The notes beneath the pieces are model-generated. The model made no database searches. It worked only from the letters and a program-made list of their open reading frames with translations, and was not told the origin of the DNA. A DNA stretch of 64,000 nucleotides, from the NCBI GenBank assembly GCA_018262835.1, contig JADFDP010000001.1:96081-160080 (forward strand). Reading direction: 5' to 3'. Within the stretch, counting starts at the first letter, position 1; each line of letters opens with the position of its first letter. Origin of the DNA: Candidatus Aminicenantes bacterium (GTDB lineage Bacteria > Acidobacteriota > Aminicenantia > UBA2199). The translations under genes and the position numbers were made by a program. Shown piece by piece: positions 45,846 to 53,712 of this stretch.

Positions 45846-46901
45846 TCACTTTTTTTTCAAGGTGATCTTCAAGTTGAGATTGAGTATGACGTCTTCGGAA
45901 TTATCGGGGATCTCCAGCGTGATGGGCAAATCGATGGTTTTGCGTGCCGGACTGATCTGAAGCGGTCTCTCGCCGGTATCCTCGTCGGTTTTTATTGCGG
46001 CAACCCTGATGGCGTCGGTGTCTTTTTGCTCTTCATCGGCGAAATTCATCTCGGGGATTTCAATGTCCGATTTTTCATTGATCAATTCCTGGGCGTCTTC
46101 CAGGTTGAATATGTCTTCGTCAGCGGGAGCTTTCAGTGAATCCTCGGCGTCCACCATGGGGGAAGAAAGCTCGAAAACCTCTTCCTCCGCGGTGTTGGCC
46201 ATCGGGATCTCCTCGGCCATGTTCTTTAAGGCAACATTTTTTTCCGCGGGCTTGGGAGTGGATGAGGTGATCTCTTCCCGGGAAAACATGACGGTCTTGT
46301 CCTTCTGGAAAATGGACAATTGGTTTTTAAGGTGCAGGATAACCAGCTTGATGATGGCGTGCAGGCCTTCCAGCACGTTCTCCCCGTTTGTGGCCACGGT
46401 CGGGAAAAAGGATTTGTTGTCCTGGTTCAGATCCTTGTTCAGGGTATTGAGGGGCAGGATCTCCTTCAGGTCTCTTTTGTTGAACTGAAAGATCAGCGGC
46501 ATTTTTTCGAATTGCAGGTTGTTGAGTTTCAAATTCTTTTTCAAATTGGTGAAGCTCTCGATGTTCTGTTCGCGCAGGATGACCTGGGAGTCGGCGACGA
46601 AAACCACGCCGTCGGCTCCCTGCAGCACGAGCTTGCGGGTGGTGTCGTAGGCCACCTGTCCGGGAACGGTATAAAGCTGGATCTTCACGGAGTAATTGCC
46701 CAGCTTCCCGATTTCCATGGGCAGGAAATCAAAAAACAGGGTGCGGTCGCCGTCGGTGTCCAGGGTGATCAGCTTGCCTTTGTTCTCGACTTCCTCGCTA
46801 TTGAAAATGTAACGCAAGCATGTGGTTTTTCCGCTCAATGCCGGCCCGTAATACACGATCTTGGCCGTGATCTCCTTGTTGTTGTAATTGACAAAAGCCA
46901 T
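45846..46901 (-). CDS. MglA-family Ras-like small GTPase with an acidic C-terminal extension of about 160 aa
   Basis: Over its first 190 aa or so it aligns by eye with Myxococcus MglA. Shared elements are VNYNNKEITAKIVYYGPALSGKTT (P-loop), GDRTLFFDFLP (intrinsic Arg / switch I), LYTVPGQ (MglA-type G3), FNKRDL (G4) and PTVATNGENV (G5). Confidence 0.85.
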   Translation of the reverse strand: MAFVNYNNKEITAKIVYYGPALSGKTTCLRYIFNSEEVENKGKLITLDTDGDRTLFFDFLPMEIGKLGNYSVKIQLYTVPGQVAYDTTRKLVLQGADGVVFVADSQVILREQNIESFTNLKKNLKLNNLQFEKMPLIFQFNKRDLKEILPLNTLNKDLNQDNKSFFPTVATNGENVLEGLHAIIKLVILHLKNQLSIFQKDKTVMFSREEITSSTPKPAEKNVALKNMAEEIPMANTAEEEVFELSSPMVDAEDSLKAPADEDIFNLEDAQELINEKSDIEIPEMNFADEEQKDTDAIRVAAIKTDEDTGERPLQISPARKTIDLPITLEIPDNSEDVILNLNLKITLKKK

Positions 46902-47398
46902 TAAAATGGATCCTCTTCGTTGGCGGGATCTTCCCCATCCCGGGTGCTTTCAAAAGGGGGCGTGCTTTGGCTGCGGGCTTCGGGGAAAGAATCCTTGCGG
47001 AATCTGTCTCCGGGATAGGGGGATCCCGAGCCCTGGCCGGCGGAGTCCTTGCGATGGTCCAGGACGATCACGCTATCGGCGTTGATTTCGGTGGTCGATC
47101 GATCCTGACCGCTCTTGTCCTGCCACTTGCGGGTGCGGATCTTGCCCTCGACCAGCACCATATCGCCTTTGCCCACGCTTTTTTCAACTTTTTGGGCCAG
47201 GGGCCCCCAGGCGACGATGTTGTGCCATTCGGTCGGCAAGTCCTTCCAGGCGCTGCTGCCCTGGTCATAATATCCTTCGTTGGTGGCCAGGGAAAACTTG
47301 GCAAGCTGCTTGCCGCTGTTGGGCATGACGGTGAGTTCGGGAACTTTTCCGGTTCGGCCGACCAGAATGACGCGGTTCAGGCTGCGGACTTGGCTCAT
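46901..47398 (-). CDS. ssb: Single-stranded DNA-binding protein
   Basis: It has an OB fold (LNRVILVGRTGKVPEL...TEWHNIVAWGPLAQ), a Gly/Pro/Ser-rich linker and an acidic tip (EEDPF). Confidence 0.92.
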   Translation of the reverse strand: MSQVRSLNRVILVGRTGKVPELTVMPNSGKQLAKFSLATNEGYYDQGSSAWKDLPTEWHNIVAWGPLAQKVEKSVGKGDMVLVEGKIRTRKWQDKSGQDRSTTEINADSVIVLDHRKDSAGQGSGSPYPGDRFRKDSFPEARSQSTPPFESTRDGEDPANEEDPF

Positions 47399-47399
47399 G

Positions 47400-48167
47400 T
47401 TATTCGCTGAACTCCTTGATTTTTTGTCCGGCCAGCGAGGCTTCTTCGGACAATGGGAAACGGGATATCAATTCCTTTAAAATGGCGATGCCTTCACCTT
47501 GCCGGCCCATTTCGATCAGGGCATAGCCCTTTTTGAGAATGGCGGCCGGGGCCTTGTCGCCCCCCTTGTACTTCCCCAGCAGTTCATTGAAGGTATTGAT
47601 GGCGTCCTGGTATTTTTTCTTGGCGTAAAAGCATTCACCGATCCAGTACAGGGAATTGTCGGCCAGGCCGCTTTCCGGGAAGCTGCGGATGAATTGCCTG
47701 AACCCTTCAATGGCCAGGTCAAAATTTTCCTTGATGTAGTCGGAATAGGCCGCATAATAAATGTTGGCGGGATCCTGGGTCACAGCCGTCTCGTCGGGGG
47801 CGGCGGGATTGGCCGTTCCCGCCGGCAAGGTTCCCGCCGTTCCCGCCTGAAAATTGGTTATTTTGTCGTCCAGTTTGTTCAGGGAATTTTTCAGATCGTT
47901 TAATTCTTCCTTGAAAAACTGCATGCTGAGCATGAAATTTTCTTTGCTTTGCGCCAGGTCGGCCTGGTTCCTGGCGATGGCACTGATTTTTTCATCGCCG
48001 ATGCTTGATTTTTTAAGCAGTTCCGCGATTTGGGCGGAAAGTACGGCCACCGAGTCGGAAATTCTTTGCATCTCGTCCAGGATGATCTGGGTGTCTTTCT
48101 TCACCGCCTGCAGCGGCAGGCTGAGCAGCAGCACGGACAACAGTGCCGGAATGAACGTCAATTTCAT
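47400..48167 (-). CDS. cpoB: Tol-Pal system protein CpoB/YbgF
   Basis: It has a signal peptide, an N-terminal coiled coil and a C-terminal TPR region (YYAAYSDYIKENFDLAIEGFRQFIRSFPESGLADNSLYWIGECFY). It lies directly after pal. Confidence 0.85.
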   Translation of the reverse strand: MKLTFIPALLSVLLLSLPLQAVKKDTQIILDEMQRISDSVAVLSAQIAELLKKSSIGDEKISAIARNQADLAQSKENFMLSMQFFKEELNDLKNSLNKLDDKITNFQAGTAGTLPAGTANPAAPDETAVTQDPANIYYAAYSDYIKENFDLAIEGFRQFIRSFPESGLADNSLYWIGECFYAKKKYQDAINTFNELLGKYKGGDKAPAAILKKGYALIEMGRQGEGIAILKELISRFPLSEEASLAGQKIKEFSE

Positions 48168-48172
48168 GCGGA

Positions 48173-48709
48173 CTATTTTTTGGTGATGACAAACTCGTCG
48201 CGGCGGTTCTGAAAATAGGACTCTTCGTTCTCACCCTGAACCAGCGGCTTGTTTTTGCCGTAGGAGACAATCTTGATCTTGGCGGCGTTCATGCCCAGGG
48301 AAACGAGGTAATTTTTTGCGGCTTCGGCCCTTTTTTCGCCCAGGGCGATGTTGTATTCGACGGTGCCCCTTTCGTCGCAATGACCTTCGATCAAAACTTC
48401 CACGCTGGCGAACTTGAGCAGCCAGTTGGCGTTGGCCTGCAGGATGGCCTTCATGTCTTCCCGGATCGAGTATTGGTCAAAGTCGAAGTTGATCCTTTTG
48501 AGAATCTGGTCTTTGTTCAATTCCTCCAGGGATTTCTGCTGAAAGATCTCTTCCTCGCTTAAGACGGGTTTTTCAACCTGCGTCGTCGGCTCCTCCACTT
48601 TTTCCACCACCGGCTCTTGAACGGGGCTGACTTTTGCGGTTTTTTTACCGCAGGCATTGAACATCAGGATCAGCGACAGTGCCACCAAAACCAGCAGACA
48701 TTTTTTCAT
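48173..48709 (-). CDS. pal: Peptidoglycan-associated lipoprotein Pal
   Basis: It has a lipoprotein signal (LILMFNAC) and an OmpA-like domain (IEGHCDERGTVEYNIALGEKRAEAAKNYL). Confidence 0.9.
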   Translation of the reverse strand: MKKCLLVLVALSLILMFNACGKKTAKVSPVQEPVVEKVEEPTTQVEKPVLSEEEIFQQKSLEELNKDQILKRINFDFDQYSIREDMKAILQANANWLLKFASVEVLIEGHCDERGTVEYNIALGEKRAEAAKNYLVSLGMNAAKIKIVSYGKNKPLVQGENEESYFQNRRDEFVITKK

Positions 48710-48739
48710 GGTTCCTCCTAAATTCTATTATTACTTAAA

Positions 48740-48768
48740 AATATAATATATAAGAAAAATTTTGTCAA
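48740..48768 (-). promoter_or_regulatory. Near-consensus sigma70-type promoter upstream of pal
   Basis: On the minus strand it reads TTGACA (48763-48768), a 17-nt spacer, then TATATT (48740-48745), followed by a GGAGGAA RBS and the pal ATG. Confidence 0.5.
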
Positions 48769-48782
48769 ATTTATTCTGGCCT

Positions 48783-50075
48783 TTATTTGGATGATTTCTG
48801 CCATTTCGGCATTTTGTTCTCGCCGCTGGCGGTGATCTGCCGGATGTTGCGGCCGTCATAATCGACCAGGTACAGCTGATATCTGCCGCTGCGATTCGAG
48901 GAAAAAACCAGGTGGCGGCCGTCGGGCGACCAGGAAGGGTTTTCGTTGCGGCCGGCGTTTTCGGTCAATTTGCTGATCTCGTTGCTTTTCAAGTTGAAGA
49001 TATAAATATCGAAGCGGTTCTCGATGCGCGAAACAAAAGCCAGGCGCATCCCGTCCGGCGACCAGGCGACGGAATCATGATAGGAACCTTCGGTGGTGAT
49101 GCGGCGGATATTGCTGCCTTCGGCATCCATGACGTAGATCTGCGGCGTGCCGCTGCGTTGGGAGGTAAAGGCGATCTCCCGGCCGTTGGGGCTCCAGCAT
49201 GGCGACGTGTCGATGGCCGGATTGAAAGTCAGCCGTTTTTCTTTTCCCGTCTTCATGTCCTTCAGATAAATTTCAGCGTTGCCGTTCTTGGAAGAGGTGT
49301 AGACGATCTGCTCGGCCACGGGCGACCAGTCGGCCGCGTAATTGCTGCCTCCGCTGGACAGCAGTTCCGTTTTTCCGGCATAGATGTCAAACATGAAAAG
49401 GTCGGGATTCAGGTTCCGGTATGAGGTGTAAAGGATTTTTTCATTGTCGGCGCTCCAGGAAGGCAACATGTCGATGGCACCGCTGAACGTGATGCGTGTC
49501 GGCCGGAAGCCATCATAGTCCATGATGTAGATATCCTTGTCGCTGGGGGACTCCGAAACGTAGACGATCTTGGAGGTGAACAGCGGCTTTTCACCGAAAT
49601 GCTTCAGCATCTCGTCGGCCGCCCGATGGGCGATCAGGCGGCTGAGGTCTTTTTTGCCGCCGAAATTCCGTCCGAAAATGAACCTTTCGCTGGCGACTTC
49701 AAATACCTTGATTGAAAAAATGATTCGTTCGTCGGCCGTGATCTCCAGCTGGCCGGAAATGAGGATATTGGCCTGGATGGATGCCCAATCCTTGAAGTTG
49801 ATGGCGTTGGGATTGAAACGGGAAATATAGGAATAATGCTCGCGCGGCACCATTTTAAAGATGCGGGAAAACTCCAGGTCCTTCCATATGGTTTCATAGA
49901 TCGCACTTTTTAAATCGCTTTTTTGCCCCGCGGCTTCGTTGAACTGGAATTCCGGCATGGCCACCGGGATCATGGGCATGCCTTCCTTGATGCGGATGGT
50001 GATTTCCTCTTGGCCGCCCAGCTGCCAGCATAGCAGGAAAATTGACAAGCATAGAACGGTTCGGCGCATTTTCAT
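48783..50075 (-). CDS. tolB: Tol-Pal system beta-propeller protein TolB
   Basis: It has the TolB N-domain plus repeated propeller blades (PSWSADNEKILYTS, ADWSPVAEQIVYTS, PCWSPNGREIAFTS, VAWSPDGMRLAFVS, PSWSPDGRHLVFSS). I prefer the start at MKMRR (ATG 50073-50075), which has a GGGAGA RBS and overlaps the tolA stop as TAATG. The tracked start is 50087. Confidence 0.92.
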   Translation of the reverse strand: MKMRRTVLCLSIFLLCWQLGGQEEITIRIKEGMPMIPVAMPEFQFNEAAGQKSDLKSAIYETIWKDLEFSRIFKMVPREHYSYISRFNPNAINFKDWASIQANILISGQLEITADERIIFSIKVFEVASERFIFGRNFGGKKDLSRLIAHRAADEMLKHFGEKPLFTSKIVYVSESPSDKDIYIMDYDGFRPTRITFSGAIDMLPSWSADNEKILYTSYRNLNPDLFMFDIYAGKTELLSSGGSNYAADWSPVAEQIVYTSSKNGNAEIYLKDMKTGKEKRLTFNPAIDTSPCWSPNGREIAFTSQRSGTPQIYVMDAEGSNIRRITTEGSYHDSVAWSPDGMRLAFVSRIENRFDIYIFNLKSNEISKLTENAGRNENPSWSPDGRHLVFSSNRSGRYQLYLVDYDGRNIRQITASGENKMPKWQKSSK

Positions 50076-50860
50076 TATTTCTCCCATTCAAATTCAAAAT
50101 GGACGACCAGATACTGCGATGAAAAGTCGTTGGGCAGCGGCGCGAAGGGCGCGGCATTCTCGATGGCCCGCCGGGCCGACAGGTCCAAGGAAGCGATGCC
50201 GCTCGAATGCTCCACGCGCAGGTCGCTGATCTCGCCGTCGCGGCGGACGATGAAATGAACGCCGGTGACGTATTTCCCCTTCAGCCCGGGCGCGACCAGG
50301 GAACTGTACCATGAAGATGAGATGCGGTTGCGTAAAAGGTCGACGTAATAGGCATGCGGGAAATAGCCGCCGGGACCGCCCGAACCGTCTCCCCAGCCGC
50401 TGCCGTCACCGCTGCCCGCCGGGCCGCCGCCGCTGGAAATGCCGGTTTTCAACCCTGGGTCAATGAGGGTCCCCTGGATCGGGGCTTCGCTTTTGGTTGC
50501 CGTCTTTTCCTTGCGGATGACCGAGATCATCTTTTCGTCTTCGACAATTTTTTTGCTCTCTTTGTCGGGAAAACGCAGCGGAGATTGAAATTTCTTTTCC
50601 ACCGTCAGGTTCTTGACGCCCGTGCCCTTTTCTTCGATCAAGGCGGCCTGGGCCGCGGACTCCTGTTTTTCCCCCGTGGGGGGCAAGCCGCCGTTCCCGG
50701 TCTTGCCGGCGCCTCCCCCTCCGCCCCCGCCGCCGATGTCGACCAGGTCCACGTAATAGGTCATTTCCCCGCTGGATTTGCCGGGGGACGGAATGATGAA
50801 AAGCGCGGCCAGGGAGGCATGCAGCACGATCGAAAGCACCAGGGTGGCCTTGAATTTCAT
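50075..50860 (-). CDS. TolA-like / TonB-C-terminal-domain energy-transducer protein
   Basis: It has an N-terminal TM anchor, a Gly/Pro-rich linker (including G8) and a TonB_C-like end (RRAIENAAPFAPLP). It occupies the position between tolR and tolB, and its ATG overlaps the tolR stop. Confidence 0.7.
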   Translation of the reverse strand: MKFKATLVLSIVLHASLAALFIIPSPGKSSGEMTYYVDLVDIGGGGGGGGAGKTGNGGLPPTGEKQESAAQAALIEEKGTGVKNLTVEKKFQSPLRFPDKESKKIVEDEKMISVIRKEKTATKSEAPIQGTLIDPGLKTGISSGGGPAGSGDGSGWGDGSGGPGGYFPHAYYVDLLRNRISSSWYSSLVAPGLKGKYVTGVHFIVRRDGEISDLRVEHSSGIASLDLSARRAIENAAPFAPLPNDFSSQYLVVHFEFEWEK

Positions 50861-51270
50861 TGCCGCGACTTCTGCTCCACGATCATGCCGACCGTGTCCA
50901 CGCCGGCGAGCTTGATGATGTCCATCACTTCGATAATGTATCCGTAAGAAAGGCTTTTATCGGCCTTGAGGAAAACGATTTTCTTGTCGCGGTTGAAAAA
51001 ATAGCTTTTCAGGCGGGATTCCAGGAAATAGAGGTTGACGATCTGGTTGTTCATGTAAACGTAGCGGTCCTTGGTCAGCGTCAGGACCAGGCCGCCCGAA
51101 CTCGGGTTGGTGCGGGTTTCGGCCGACGGCAGCTTGACCGTGATCCCGGTCTGCATCATCGGGGCCGTGACCATGAAAATGATCAGCAGCACCAGCATGA
51201 CGTCGACCAGCGGCGTGATGTTGATCTCAGCCAGGTTGCTGTGCAGCTGATGCCGGGATTGAATTTTCAT
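50857..51270 (-). CDS. tolR: Biopolymer transport protein TolR/ExbD
   Basis: It has EINITPLVDVMLVLLIIFMVTAP. The start is set at MKIQSRHQ (ATG 51268-51270), which overlaps the tolQ stop (ATGA). The tracked ORF's upstream extension lies inside tolQ. Confidence 0.88.
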   Translation of the reverse strand: MKIQSRHQLHSNLAEINITPLVDVMLVLLIIFMVTAPMMQTGITVKLPSAETRTNPSSGGLVLTLTKDRYVYMNNQIVNLYFLESRLKSYFFNRDKKIVFLKADKSLSYGYIIEVMDIIKLAGVDTVGMIVEQKSRQ

Positions 51271-51962
51271 CAGTTGAGTTTTTCGCTTAAGTTCAGGAAT
51301 TCCAGCACGAAATCTTCCATCATGGCAATGATCACCTTGAGTTTGTTCAGCAGCAGGTTGTAGAAGATGACCGCGGGAATGGCGGCGAACAGCCCCAGGG
51401 CGGTGGCGATCAGGGCTTCGGCGATCCCGGGAGCGACCGTGGCCAGGTTGGCGTTCATTTGAATGCCGATCTGCTGGAAAGAACTCATGATCCCCCAAAC
51501 CGTTCCGAACAAGCCGATGAACGGCGCGGCCGAGGCGCAGGTGGCCAGGAAGCCGTTCAGGCGCTCAAAACGGGTGATCTCCTGGTTGGAACCCCGGAGC
51601 AGCGCCCGGTGCAGGCTGTCCAAATCGAGCTTTTCCAGCTTCTGGCCGCTGCCGGTCTGCTGGGCGATCTCCCGGTAGCCGAAACGGAATATCTCGCCCA
51701 AAGGGTTGTTGCCATAGAAGGCTTTGGCATTGTTGATCTCGCTGAAGTTCTTGTTTTTCTTGAAAAAATCCAGGAATTTATAACTGTTTTTCCTGGCCCG
51801 CGAATATTCCATGAGCTTGAAAATGATAATCGCCCAGGAAATGATGGAAAATGCCAGAAGCAGCAGCAAGACCAGCTTGACCACGGTGGACGCGTTCTGA
51901 ATCAGATAGACGAAATCGCCGTTGTGGTTGCCGGGATTGATTGTGAAGAGTATGTGTTTCAT
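51270..51962 (-). CDS. tolQ: MotA/TolQ/ExbB proton-channel protein TolQ
   Basis: It has three TM segments and the conserved C-terminal half (APFIGLFGTVWGIMSSF...VAPGIAEALIATALGLFAAIPAV). The start is set at MKHILF (ATG 51960-51962). Confidence 0.9.
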   Translation of the reverse strand: MKHILFTINPGNHNGDFVYLIQNASTVVKLVLLLLLAFSIISWAIIIFKLMEYSRARKNSYKFLDFFKKNKNFSEINNAKAFYGNNPLGEIFRFGYREIAQQTGSGQKLEKLDLDSLHRALLRGSNQEITRFERLNGFLATCASAAPFIGLFGTVWGIMSSFQQIGIQMNANLATVAPGIAEALIATALGLFAAIPAVIFYNLLLNKLKVIIAMMEDFVLEFLNLSEKLN

Positions 51963-52158
51963 TACTTTGTTTTTACCACAAATCCCCGCCGTTTTCAACC
52001 CGGAAGGACGTTTTGTCCGGCTTGGTCAGGGAGTTTTTTGCCGTTTTGTCGCTTTTGCGGCCGTTTTGCATGCCGGGGACCGCATTTTTTGCTACGGCGG
52101 CCGGCGCATTTGATTTTTTTTGCGAATGATTATACAATTGACCGCATAGGTGAATTAG

Positions 52159-53703
52159 ATGAAAACAAAAATCAAGGAATTGATCAAGCTGCGTGAAGAA
52201 AAGGACGCGGCCGGCGGGTTGGACAAACTGGCCCAGCGGCGGGCCCGCGGCTTGATGACCGCCAGGGACCGCATCGAGTACTTGTTCGATCCCAATACTT
52301 TTGTCGAACTGCAGGGATATGTGGCCCACCATTCGGGCAATTTCGGGCTGGAAAAGAAAAAATTCCTCGGTGACGGCGTGATCACCGGTTTTGGCAAGAT
52401 CAATGACCAGGTCGCTTATGTCTATTCCCAGGATTTCACCGTTCTTGGTGGTTCGCTGGGAGAGATGCACGCCAAAAAGATCGTCAATATCATGGACCTG
52501 GCCCTGAAAGCAGGGGCGCCGGTCATCGGCATCAATGATTCGGGCGGCGCCCGCATCCAGGAAGGGATCAACAGCCTGGCCGGCTACGGTGATATTTTTT
52601 TCCGCAACACCATTTCCTCGGGCGTCATCCCCCAGATCTCGGTGATCATGGGGCCCTGCGCCGGCGGCGCGGTGTACTCCCCGGGCATCACCGACTTCGT
52701 TTTCATGGTCGACAAATCCAGCTACATGTTCGTTACCGGGCCGGAAGTCATCAAGGCCGTGAACAAGGAAGAGGTCACCTTCGAGGAACTCGGGGGCGCC
52801 GAAAGCCATGCCTCCGTTTCCGGCGTGGCCCATTTCGTCGGCCGCGATGAAAAAGATACCCTGGACATGGTCAAGGAACTGCTCAGTTACCTGCCGTCAT
52901 CCAATATGGAGCAGGCGCCCGACACCGACACCGACGATCCTTTTGACCGCATGGATGACAAGCTGAACGAGATCGTTCCGGTGAATCCCAACAAACCCTA
53001 CGATGTCAAGGAATTGATTCTGGCGGTGGTCGACCAGCAGAAGTTCCTTGAAATCCACAAGAGCTACGCCCAGAACCTGGTGGTCGGCTTTGCCCGCCTG
53101 GGCGGCAAATCGGTGGGTATTGTCGCCAACAATCCCGGAATTTTCGCCGGGACGCTCGACGTCCAGGCTTCCCTGAAGGGGGCGCGTTTCATCCGGTTTT
53201 GCGATGCCTTCAACATCCCGCTGATCAGTTTTGTCGATGTCCCGGGTTTTCTGCCCGGCCGGGACCAGGAGCAGCTGGGCATCATCAAGCACGGAGCCAA
53301 AATGCTTTATGCCTATTCCGAAGCCACGGTGCCCAAATTGACGGTGATCACCCGCAAGGCTTACGGGGGGGCGTACATCGTGATGAGTTCCAAGCACCTG
53401 GGTGCCGATGTGGTCTGCGCCTGGCCCACGGCCGAGATCGCGGTCATGGGGCCGCAGGGTGCCATCAATATCATTTTTAAAAAAGATATTTCCGAAGCCG
53501 TCGAGCCGGAAACGGTCCGCGAGCGGCTGATCTCCGAATACAAGGAAAAATTCGCCAATCCCAAGGAACCGGCCGCCTACGGTTATGTGGACGAAATCAT
53601 CCTGCCGGTGGAAACCAGGCCTTTCCTGATCAAGAACCTGGAAGCCCTGGCCCACAAATCGCAAAAGCTTCCACTGAAAAAGCATGGCAATATCCCCCTC
53701 TAA
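52159..53703 (+). CDS. Acyl-CoA carboxyltransferase (propionyl-CoA carboxylase beta / methylmalonyl-CoA carboxyltransferase 12S family)
   Basis: It shows full-length similarity by eye to PccB-type proteins (RERIEYLFDPNTFVEL, GGSLGEMHAKKI, GPCAGGAVYSP, AYGGAYIVMSSKHLGAD). Confidence 0.92.
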   Translation: MKTKIKELIKLREEKDAAGGLDKLAQRRARGLMTARDRIEYLFDPNTFVELQGYVAHHSGNFGLEKKKFLGDGVITGFGKINDQVAYVYSQDFTVLGGSLGEMHAKKIVNIMDLALKAGAPVIGINDSGGARIQEGINSLAGYGDIFFRNTISSGVIPQISVIMGPCAGGAVYSPGITDFVFMVDKSSYMFVTGPEVIKAVNKEEVTFEELGGAESHASVSGVAHFVGRDEKDTLDMVKELLSYLPSSNMEQAPDTDTDDPFDRMDDKLNEIVPVNPNKPYDVKELILAVVDQQKFLEIHKSYAQNLVVGFARLGGKSVGIVANNPGIFAGTLDVQASLKGARFIRFCDAFNIPLISFVDVPGFLPGRDQEQLGIIKHGAKMLYAYSEATVPKLTVITRKAYGGAYIVMSSKHLGADVVCAWPTAEIAVMGPQGAINIIFKKDISEAVEPETVRERLISEYKEKFANPKEPAAYGYVDEIILPVETRPFLIKNLEALAHKSQKLPLKKHGNIPL

Positions 53704-53712
53704 GGAGAAGTC

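Noticed and set aside
51271-51498. N-terminal extension of the tolR ORF. Analogous extensions occur at 23257..23388 (etfB), 6917..7003 (lptE), 9577..9657 (leuS) and 21181..21294 (gmd).
   Set aside because: The extensions run into neighbouring genes or intergenic DNA and are unlike the respective families. Internal starts reproduce the canonical N-termini and the ATGA/RBS contexts.
47400-51962. The Tol-Pal genes themselves, considered as a novel or duplicated Agl/Glt-type motor
   Set aside because: Gene order (tolQ-tolR-tolA-tolB-pal-cpoB), sizes and motifs are exactly those of the housekeeping Tol-Pal system. Only their adjacency to the GTPase block is unusual, and that is reported separately as a low-confidence inference.
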